From Verrucomicrobiia bacterium (GTDB taxonomy: Bacteria; Verrucomicrobiota; Verrucomicrobiia; Limisphaerales; UBA11358): DNA of 64,000 nucleotides. Position numbers and translations under genes: made by a program. This document shows, piece after piece, positions 28,401-36,156 of this stretch. Location: contig JARLJW010000085.1 in the NCBI GenBank assembly GCA_031290985.1, positions 42,766-106,765 on the forward strand. The letters run 5' to 3'. The notes under the pieces are model-generated. The model did no database searches. It saw only the letters and a list, made by a program, of their open reading frames with translations, and had not been told where the DNA came from. Each line of letters begins with the position of its first letter. Within the stretch, counting starts at the first letter, position 1.

Positions 28401-29152
28401 CACGCGCCCGGATTCAATTCGTAATTCAAAAATGAGAGGCAATAGATCGCCGCCGTCTCCACCCGCAGCGTCAGGGCGCCCAGGGTGACCGGTTTCGCGC
28501 CCGCGCCTTCGATCTGCCGGATTTCCTCCAGGGTGAAATCGCCCTCCGGCCCGATCCATATCGCGGCGCTCCGCGGCCGGCGGCCATGCTGCTTCTGAAA
28601 TTCCAGAATCCATTCGCGCGGATGGCGGCGCTCGGTCTGCAACGAGCCGGCCAGCGCCAGTTCGATCTGCTCCCCGCACGCCAGAAATTCGGTGATGGTC
28701 TGCGGTGTCTCCACTTTCGGCAGCCACACCGCGCCACACTGTTTGACGGCCTCGATGGCCACCTGCTGCCACTTCTCGCGCTTGCCTTCCGCGCCGTCGT
28801 CATCCAACTGGGTCACGACGCGTTCGGTCAGCAGCGGCACGATGCGGCCCGCGCCCAGTTCGACCGCCTTCTGGATGATGCCCTCGATGATTTTCCCCTT
28901 GGGAACCGCCACCAGCAACGTGATGGCACAGACGGGCGGGGACGAAGATTTCTTCGCCTTGATCTCCAGGACCAGAAACTGTTTCGCCGCCTCCCGGACG
29001 TCACAGTGAAATTCATTCCCGGCACCGTCGAGGACCGTCACGGACTCGCCCCGCTTCAGCCGCAGGACGTGCAGCGCATGGTGCGCCTCGCGGCCGTCCA
29101 GCCGCAGCGATTCGCCACGGCAACTTTCCGGCGGCAGATAAAAACGGTGCAT
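28400..29152 (-). CDS. rsmE: 16S rRNA (uracil1498-N3)-methyltransferase RsmE
   Basis: MHRFYLPPE..., PUA-like N-terminal domain, SPOUT C-terminal domain (IGPEGDFT..E, LG...LR.ETA). Confidence 0.92.
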   Translation of the reverse strand: MHRFYLPPESCRGESLRLDGREAHHALHVLRLKRGESVTVLDGAGNEFHCDVREAAKQFLVLEIKAKKSSSPPVCAITLLVAVPKGKIIEGIIQKAVELGAGRIVPLLTERVVTQLDDDGAEGKREKWQQVAIEAVKQCGAVWLPKVETPQTITEFLACGEQIELALAGSLQTERRHPREWILEFQKQHGRRPRSAAIWIGPEGDFTLEEIRQIEGAGAKPVTLGALTLRVETAAIYCLSFLNYELNPGA

Positions 29153-29185
29153 AATTCTGTGGGGCGGGATTTCCCGCCGCCCGGC

Positions 29186-30319
29186 TCACTTGAAGAATTT
29201 TTTGGCCTTCTCAAAAAAGCCGGCCGCGAGGGGCGCCTGCTGGCCGTCGCAAAGCGCCGCGAACTCGACCAACTTCGCCTTCTGCGCGCTGTCGAGATGC
29301 GTGGGCACTTCCACCTGCACACGGACATGCAGGTCGCCCTGCCCGTAACCTTGCAGGTTTTTCACGCCCTTGCCTTTGACGCGGAACGTCGTCCCCGGCT
29401 GAGTGCCGCCGGGGATCTTGATCGTCGCCCGCCCCTCGAGCGTCGGCACCTCGAGTTCCGAGCCCAGCGCGGCCTGCACAAAACTGACCGGCACCTCGCA
29501 GATCAGGTCGTCGCCATCGCGCTTGAAAATCTCATGGTGCTTCACAAACAGCACCACATACAGGTCGCCGGCCGGCCCGCCGCGAAAACCCGCCTCGCCG
29601 TTGCCTTGGGAGCGCAAACGCGAGCCGCCTTCGACCCCCGCCGGGATGCGCAGCTTGATCTTGGACGCCCGCTGATGCTTGCCGCTGCCGGAACATTTTT
29701 TGCACGGCCGCTCCAGGATGCGCCCCGCGCCCTTGCAATGCGGACAGGTCTGCGCGATGCTGAAAATGCCGCGCGAGGTCAGCACCTGCCCGCGTCCGCC
29801 GCACGTCCCGCACTGGCGCATCTTCGAACCGGGTTCCGCGCCCGCGCCCGCGCAGACATCGCACTTGTCCAGCTTGGTGACCGAAATCTCCTTCTCACAG
29901 CCGAGCGCCGCTTCTTCCAGGCTGATCTCAAGGTCATAGCGCAGGTCATCGCCACGCTGCGGGGCCGAGGGATCGCCCCCGCCGCCGAACATGTTTTCAA
30001 AAATGCTGCCGCCCGCCCCGCCAAAAACCTCCCGGAAGATGTCGAACGGATCATGAAAATCGCCGGCGCCGGCGCCGCGCGCACGGGCGCGCGGATCAAA
30101 GGCGGCATGGCCGTATTGATCGTAGGCCGCGCGCTTCTGCGGATCGCTCAGGATCTCATACGCGTGGCTGAGTTCCTTAAATTTCTCCTCGGCGGTCTTG
30201 TCCCCCGGGTTTTTGTCCGGGTGATATTTCACCGCGAGGCGGCGGTAGGATTTCTTGATGCCATCGGCGGTCTCCTCGCGTGAGACCTCCAGAATTTCGT
30301 AGTAATCGCGCTGCGCCAT
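29186..30319 (-). CDS. dnaJ: Molecular chaperone DnaJ
   Basis: J domain (DYYEILEV...HPDKN), G/F region, four CxxCxGxG zinc-finger repeats. Confidence 0.96.
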   Translation of the reverse strand: MAQRDYYEILEVSREETADGIKKSYRRLAVKYHPDKNPGDKTAEEKFKELSHAYEILSDPQKRAAYDQYGHAAFDPRARARGAGAGDFHDPFDIFREVFGGAGGSIFENMFGGGGDPSAPQRGDDLRYDLEISLEEAALGCEKEISVTKLDKCDVCAGAGAEPGSKMRQCGTCGGRGQVLTSRGIFSIAQTCPHCKGAGRILERPCKKCSGSGKHQRASKIKLRIPAGVEGGSRLRSQGNGEAGFRGGPAGDLYVVLFVKHHEIFKRDGDDLICEVPVSFVQAALGSELEVPTLEGRATIKIPGGTQPGTTFRVKGKGVKNLQGYGQGDLHVRVQVEVPTHLDSAQKAKLVEFAALCDGQQAPLAAGFFEKAKKFFK

Positions 30320-30343
30320 GGGAATTTCAGGGTGGATCCGGGA

Positions 30344-30928
30344 TCAAGATTTCGCCGCCGGTTTTTTGGCCACAACCACCGTGGCCGGCCGCAGCAACCG
30401 CTCCTTCAGCTTGTAGCCTTTGCGCAACTGCTGCAGCACATGGCCGGCCGGCACATCCGCGGACTCCTGCTCAGAAACCGCCTCGTGAAAATTCGGGTCG
30501 AACGGCCGGCCGGCTGAATCGATCTCCTCCAGCCCGCTCTCCACCAGCACGTTTTTGAGCTGCTGCTGGATCATCGTCACGCCGGATTGGAACGACGCGA
30601 TCCCGCCCGGCGGCACCGCCGCATTCTGCGCGGCGGCGAGCGCCGACTCAAAATTGTCGAGCACCGGCAGGATTTTTTGCAGCAGCGAGGCGCTGGCGTA
30701 CTGCGCCGCCTCGAGCTTTTCCCGGGCGGCGCGCTTCTTGAAATTGTCAAAATCCGCGGTCGTCCGCAGCAGCCGGTCCCAGTTCTCATCCGCCTTCGCG
30801 GCGCGAGTTTTGAGGTCGGCAATCTGCCCGGGTGTGAGCACGGCGGATTCTTCCGCCGGGTTGGCGGCGGTTTCAGCTTCGGGCGTCTCGGTCTTGTCTT
30901 CGCTCATAGACTTTTTGCGTCCAAACAT
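30344..30928 (-). CDS. grpE: Nucleotide exchange factor GrpE
   Basis: Coiled-coil N-terminus, ...DNFKKR..., and a C-terminal beta domain (GYKLKERLLRPATVVV). Lies upstream of dnaJ. Confidence 0.93.
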   Translation of the reverse strand: MFGRKKSMSEDKTETPEAETAANPAEESAVLTPGQIADLKTRAAKADENWDRLLRTTADFDNFKKRAAREKLEAAQYASASLLQKILPVLDNFESALAAAQNAAVPPGGIASFQSGVTMIQQQLKNVLVESGLEEIDSAGRPFDPNFHEAVSEQESADVPAGHVLQQLRKGYKLKERLLRPATVVVAKKPAAKS

Positions 30929-31017
30929 TCAGACGGGGAAAATAACAGATGACCGCATCCCCGGCAACGGGCAATGCGGACTGGTAAGATTGGGAACGGG
31001 AACACCAGGCGGGCGCT

Positions 31018-34000
31018 TCACTGCGAGGGGACCAGCTTTTGAAATTCCGGCAACCCGCGCAGGTTGTTGATGTTCGGGTCACCCCGGATGACGCCCAGGA
31101 GGTCGCTGGCCTTCGGATCGGCGGCCAGGCGTTTCCGATTCAGCTCCAGCGCCAGTTTGAGATCAGCCAGCGCCTCGGCGGTGCGGCCGGTGATGGACTC
31201 CACGGCCGCCAGATTATAGCGATGCTCGGGGACGTTGGGCGCGAGCACCACGAGCTTGCGCAACGCCTTCTCAAAGCCGGCAATGTTGGCGAGCTGCCCG
31301 AATAATTGCGCCACCGCCGATGCGTCCTGATACTTGAGGTTCGTGCTGTCAAGCGCCTGGTTGAACAGCTCGACCGCGCGGTTCGTCTGCTGCAATTGGA
31401 GCAGCAGCGTGCTGCCCAGATAGACCAGGTTGGTCACATTCTCCGGGTTGGTGCGCGCGAGGTTCTCCATCTGTTCGAGCTGGCCGACCGCCTGGGTGCG
31501 CTGGGCGTTTTGCGCACGGAACGACTTGAGCTGTTCCACGGTGTTCGCCACCTGTCCGTTGAACGGATCCAGTTTCATGCACGTTTCGCAGATGAGGATG
31601 GCATCGTCAAACCGGCCCTGCGTCAGCAGGAAGTTGATGTAGCGGAAAACCGCCTCCGGGCTGTACGGGCAGAACGCGAACGCCTGCTTGAAGGCAAAAT
31701 CCGTCTCCCGGATCAGCGCCGCCTGCGCCGCCGCGCTCTTCTGGCGGAATTCCGGCGGGCACGTCCGCGGGTCCGCGCGCCAGGCATACATCCCGGCCTG
31801 CGAACTCCGCAGCTTGGAGAAGGCCTTCTGCGCATCGTCATCACGCACAAACGCCCGCGAGCCGGTGAATCCCTTGTAATTATTGCGGATGTAGGTCTGG
31901 TCCACGAACTTCGCGATCTGTTCCACCGTCGTGTCGTACGTGATGAAGTTGCCGCACAGGCGCGGCGAAAAATCCGTCCAGAACTTGTGGTCCAGGTCCA
32001 TCATGTCCTGCGTCAGTTCCGGCACCGGGCTGCGGTTGATCTTCATGATGACGCCGAACGGCGTTTCGTACGGATACATCCAGTCCAGCGGGAAGCTCTC
32101 CTCGATGAAAAATTCATTCGTCGGGCAGTTGTCGAAGATGACCTTGCACAGCAGCCCATTGATGGCCATCACGTCATACTGGCCGGAGATCTGGATCTTT
32201 CCATCCGTGCTGCTCAGTTGTTTCTGCCGGGCATATTCCGAGAAGCACGCCTGCGAATCTTCCGGCGTGGGGATGTAGATCTCATTTGGCGGATAAACCC
32301 CCTCCGCGCGCCGGCGGTTTTCGATGCGTTTGCCGTTCCAGGTAAAAAACCGGTCCAAGGTGCCTTCCAGCAGGCTGGCGCAGCCCTCAATAAGCTTGTT
32401 TCCGGAATCGCCATTGCCCGCCTCGATGCCATCTTTCACGATCGTGTCGGGTGCCGTGAGGCCGCCGACGGCGCAGGCGTATTTGAACAGCCGGCCGAAG
32501 AACGGCGGATCCTGCTGCTTCGAACGGTTGTACTGCGAACGCAGATAATCCAGATATGTGCCGTCCGCCAGCGCGTTTTGGGTGATGATGTAAACGTCAC
32601 GACGGTCGAATTTCTGGTCCTGTTCCGGCTGGCAGCGGTGCGGGATAAAACTTTCGCAGAAGATGATGTACGTCGGGCAGAAACGGCCCGGGTCGGTGCC
32701 GCCGTACAGGATCGCGTCCCGGGTCATTTCGGGATAGATGAGCTTCGCCTTGGCCGGGTCCTTCATCAACTCCGCGCGCTTGGCGCTGTCATAGCTCAGA
32801 TTGCCCGTCCCGTCCCCAACCGGCGGCGTGAACATGTCATGCCCGAACCAGTAGCCGAACCAGTGGTTCCGCTGCTCGCTCTTGTACCAGTGCGACATCC
32901 CGGACCAGATCGGCGCAAAACAGAACAGTGCCAGCAAAATGAACACCGGCCCGCGCTTGCGGTAGAACAGCAACGCCGCGATAAAAATGACCGGCGTCGC
33001 CACCAGGAGCAGGTTGGCAAACACCGGCACACCATATTGGCCGGGTGCAAACGCCGCGCCAATCCAGTGCGGGATGTCCGACAAACCAAACTGCCCCTTC
33101 GGCCCAAAAGCGAGAAAATCCCATCCGCTCCAATCCGAAAGCCGCTGCCAGTAAAAATTCCAGTGCCACATTCCCGGCGGGCCTTCTTCCCGCAGGACGA
33201 CCGGACAGGGAACGGAATGGATCATCGAATACATCAGTCCGCCAATTTTAAGCTGTCCCGCCTTGCCAAAAAACAGTTTGCCTATCGCCTCCACCAGACA
33301 ATACAGCGCCAGCAAAAAAGCCACCCCGGCCCCGATCATGCCCACCTTGCGGAATTTCTCGTAGTGCGTCGCAATGTACGCCGCCAAAATCACCAAGCCG
33401 TACCCGATCAGGATGGCGAACACCCCGTGCGAGGCCGTGAAGAACACCTTGTTCAAATCCGAGGTCGAGCGGTCCGCCGACACGTTCAACACGATCACCA
33501 ATTGCACCGACAACAGCAGATAAATCGACGTCAGGCCGATGAGCCAGCCGCGCTCGCGCTTTTGCATCTTTTTCAAAAACAGGAACGGCACCAAGCCGAT
33601 GAACATGTACATCCAACTGAACGATTCCGACAACCCTTGCGCCAGATAGAACAACTGGAACAGGAACCGCGAGGGATCCTGCAGCACGTTTGTGCCTTCA
33701 CCGGATCCGTATTGGCCGCGGCTCAGCATGTGGAAAAAGCCTTCGACCGTGCGCGGATAGCCCCACTGCATCGGCGGCGTCGACATGCATGAAACCGCCG
33801 AATAAAAATAGACCGACACGCCCAGCACACACATCACCGCCATGATGAGGATGGACAGCCATTCCGTGAAGAGCTTGTTCGTCTTGATGAACAACCACAC
33901 CGCCGCGGCCAGCGAGAAAATGCCCACGGCGCTTAAGATATCATACTCGGTATTCGTCATGGCATTCAACGCCGGCACCGACCCCTTGCTCTTGTAGAAC

Positions 34001-34809
34001 AGGACGATGAGATAGACAACACTGTTCACCGTGAACATGTCGCGGCCCAGCCGGGGCAGCACCAAGGCGATCAACACTTCAATCCCCAACGCACCCAAGA
34101 TCAAGCTTTGGTGGATCGTTGCGATCCAGCCGAATACCAGCATCGCGGCATACAGGTAACGGCGCTGATGCGGCGCGTACATCCAGCGCATCAACAGGGC
34201 GATCATTGCCAGCAGCCAGGGCACCCCGAAGATCGAGATGCGGTTGATCACCACCGATTCCTTCCACATGTACCCGCCCAGACCAAACAGTATCCCCGCC
34301 GATACGCCAGCCACGATGCAGATCGCCTGTTCCCAGCGGCGTTCCACGGATTTTAAATCCTCGATGCCTTCGATCATCATGCTGCCGCCGCGTGAGACCA
34401 TCAGCGCCAGCAACCCGCAGCCCATCGCCGAGGCGAACGACTGCCCCACCTCCACCCGCCACGCCACGTTGCCGAAGGGCACGATCACCGTCCAGATCCA
34501 GCTATAGATCGCCCAGAAGGGATAGCCCGGCGGATGCGGGATGCCCGCATAATACGACCCGGTGCACAGCTCGCCGGAATCCTCCAGCGTCAACTCGGGT
34601 GCCAGCGTCCACAGGTACACCGCCCAGACCGTGCCGAACGCGATCAGCAACGCCAGCCAGTCGTTCGGCCGGAACATCGGAGGGACTTTTATGGGCGAGG
34701 CGGATTCAGCGGACTTGACGGGGTCTTTAGCTGTTTCCTTGGGTTTGCCGGCCACTGCCTTGCTGGCATCAGGCTTGGCGCCATTCTTCTTCGGATTTTC
34801 CATGTGCAA
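31018..34809 (-). CDS. DUF2723 (GT117-like) polytopic membrane protein fused to C-terminal TPR repeats
   Basis: 1263 aa. Hallmark LAPELTLEDSGELCTGSYYAGIPHPPGYPFW, many TM segments, TPR-like C-terminal third. Confidence 0.9.
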   Translation of the reverse strand: MHMENPKKNGAKPDASKAVAGKPKETAKDPVKSAESASPIKVPPMFRPNDWLALLIAFGTVWAVYLWTLAPELTLEDSGELCTGSYYAGIPHPPGYPFWAIYSWIWTVIVPFGNVAWRVEVGQSFASAMGCGLLALMVSRGGSMMIEGIEDLKSVERRWEQAICIVAGVSAGILFGLGGYMWKESVVINRISIFGVPWLLAMIALLMRWMYAPHQRRYLYAAMLVFGWIATIHQSLILGALGIEVLIALVLPRLGRDMFTVNSVVYLIVLFYKSKGSVPALNAMTNTEYDILSAVGIFSLAAAVWLFIKTNKLFTEWLSILIMAVMCVLGVSVYFYSAVSCMSTPPMQWGYPRTVEGFFHMLSRGQYGSGEGTNVLQDPSRFLFQLFYLAQGLSESFSWMYMFIGLVPFLFLKKMQKRERGWLIGLTSIYLLLSVQLVIVLNVSADRSTSDLNKVFFTASHGVFAILIGYGLVILAAYIATHYEKFRKVGMIGAGVAFLLALYCLVEAIGKLFFGKAGQLKIGGLMYSMIHSVPCPVVLREEGPPGMWHWNFYWQRLSDWSGWDFLAFGPKGQFGLSDIPHWIGAAFAPGQYGVPVFANLLLVATPVIFIAALLFYRKRGPVFILLALFCFAPIWSGMSHWYKSEQRNHWFGYWFGHDMFTPPVGDGTGNLSYDSAKRAELMKDPAKAKLIYPEMTRDAILYGGTDPGRFCPTYIIFCESFIPHRCQPEQDQKFDRRDVYIITQNALADGTYLDYLRSQYNRSKQQDPPFFGRLFKYACAVGGLTAPDTIVKDGIEAGNGDSGNKLIEGCASLLEGTLDRFFTWNGKRIENRRRAEGVYPPNEIYIPTPEDSQACFSEYARQKQLSSTDGKIQISGQYDVMAINGLLCKVIFDNCPTNEFFIEESFPLDWMYPYETPFGVIMKINRSPVPELTQDMMDLDHKFWTDFSPRLCGNFITYDTTVEQIAKFVDQTYIRNNYKGFTGSRAFVRDDDAQKAFSKLRSSQAGMYAWRADPRTCPPEFRQKSAAAQAALIRETDFAFKQAFAFCPYSPEAVFRYINFLLTQGRFDDAILICETCMKLDPFNGQVANTVEQLKSFRAQNAQRTQAVGQLEQMENLARTNPENVTNLVYLGSTLLLQLQQTNRAVELFNQALDSTNLKYQDASAVAQLFGQLANIAGFEKALRKLVVLAPNVPEHRYNLAAVESITGRTAEALADLKLALELNRKRLAADPKASDLLGVIRGDPNINNLRGLPEFQKLVPSQ

Positions 34810-34813
34810 AAAT

Positions 34814-35197
34814 TCAGTTGGTCAAATTGGTCGACGGCCCGGAGCCGAAATGCGAACGCATACTAGACTTGAAAACACTGTGGTTTGTCCAATCAAAAGT
34901 GACGCCGGACACATGATTCTCCAGTTCCTGCGCCTGGTCGCTGAACGTCACCGAATTGCTGCCCGCCGTAAAATCCGCGTACAGCGCCGGGCGGCTTTCC
35001 CGCCAGGTGCCGCCGCCGTTAAAATGAAAAACCATCATCGCGAACAGCAGGCACGCCATCGCCGGCGCGAACTGGTGCCAGTTCCACCGCGTCGCCGGCA
35101 GCGCCAGCTCGCGGTCGCGAAAAATCCGTTCCTTAAGCCCCGCCGACGGTTGGCGCGGACGCCAGCCACGCAATCGATTCTCGTTCAGTTCTTTCAT
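34814..35197 (-). CDS. Putative anti-sigma factor (single TM)
   Basis: Directly downstream of the ECF sigma gene. One TM segment (FAPAMACLLFAMMVF). The start overlaps the sigma ORF by 65 nt, so it is uncertain. Confidence 0.55.
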   Translation of the reverse strand: MKELNENRLRGWRPRQPSAGLKERIFRDRELALPATRWNWHQFAPAMACLLFAMMVFHFNGGGTWRESRPALYADFTAGSNSVTFSDQAQELENHVSGVTFDWTNHSVFKSSMRSHFGSGPSTNLTN

Positions 35198-35672
35198 AAA
35201 CTACTCCTTCCAGTTTCAATTTCATCTTCTGCAAACCATAACGATAACGCCCCGCCGCCGTGTTTGGTGAAATGTCCAGCAACCCGCCGATCTCCTCAAA
35301 CGTGCAATCATGCCAGACCTTCAGCACGATCACCTCGCGCTGGTCCACCGGCAGCTCCGCCAGCACCCGCATCGCCGCCCGCTCCTCCGGCGTCTCGTCC
35401 GGCGTCCGCTCGAACCATCGCAACGACTCCCATTCCCGCGTCAACCGCCGCCACATGGAACGGCGGTAATTCAAAACCCGGTTCCGGAAACTCCGCACGC
35501 AATAATGTTCGGGCTTTTGCGGCGGGAACGGCATCTGCATCAATGTCAAAAACGTCTCCTGCAACACGTCCTCCGCCTCGCCATGCCCCAAGCCCAGCGC
35601 CCGGCCGTACAAGATCAGCTCCGCCGCCTTCGCGTCGTAGATCGCTTCGCACCAATGTGGATTCTGATTCAC
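35133..35672 (-). CDS. RNA polymerase ECF-type sigma-70 factor
   Basis: Region 2 (EDVLQETFLTL...) and region 4 HTH (REVIVLKVWHDCTFEEIGGLLDISPNTAAGRYRYGLQKM). GTG start. Confidence 0.88.
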   Translation of the reverse strand: MNQNPHWCEAIYDAKAAELILYGRALGLGHGEAEDVLQETFLTLMQMPFPPQKPEHYCVRSFRNRVLNYRRSMWRRLTREWESLRWFERTPDETPEERAAMRVLAELPVDQREVIVLKVWHDCTFEEIGGLLDISPNTAAGRYRYGLQKMKLKLEGVVYERTERESIAWLASAPTVGGA

Positions 35673-36156
35673 AGTTTCAACCCATAGACACCACCGCCGC
35701 CCGATTTGTATAAAATATTTTCATTCGCGTGGTTTTGGGTGGCTTTTAATCGTTTTCTAACAGACAAGTTCAATCCTCTGTTTCAGCATATATTGCTATG
35801 GCTAAGACGGTTAAGAATTAAAGCATCATGGCGACCGTGACGCCAACCACAAATGGTGAGCAAGGTCGCGTTGCGAACATGCCTGCCCGCAGAGCGGACA
35901 CTTTGATCATTTCAAGATGATAGCCCCCCGCCAGAACCTTTGTCCCTACATTTTTTCGTCCTTCAATGGCTGCTAATCCGCAAAATGCGTGTCTTTTAAG
36001 CCGCAGCCACCGGTGACGTTCCGCCGCCAACAGGCTGGATAATGGATAACAATGGAAAATGAGGCATGATGTAGAGCAAATCACCCACCATTCGCTTCAT
36101 CATTGGACGCTTGGAGCATTTTCCATCTTCTGCCTTTGCGTGCCCCATGCGAGTTC

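Noticed and set aside
28586-30283. 565-aa ORF on the + strand
   Set aside because: It is antisense to rsmE and dnaJ, both with unmistakable motifs. It has the same Arg/Ala-rich shadow composition.
30929-31017. CIRCE (HrcA operator) upstream of grpE-dnaJ
   Set aside because: No ttagcactc-N9-gagtgctaa-like inverted repeat is present, and no hrcA gene is adjacent.
31306-33792. 828-aa ORF on the + strand
   Set aside because: It is entirely antisense to the well-supported DUF2723-TPR gene. Its composition is dominated by Arg, Ala, His, Gly and Asp, typical of shadow ORFs in GC-rich DNA, and it has no recognisable motifs.
36036-36059. TGGATAA repeats as DnaA boxes / oriC
   Set aside because: Each is only a partial match to TTATCCACA. 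There are two to three sites, no AT-rich unwinding element pattern, and no dnaA or dnaN nearby. The presence of parB alone does not define the origin.
35818-36084. 88-aa ORF in the low-GC spacer upstream of the ECF sigma gene
   Set aside because: It is Cys/Leu/Arg-rich and non-globular with no start context. Alternative frames give only peptides of about 30-35 aa. It is kept only as part of the spacer finding.
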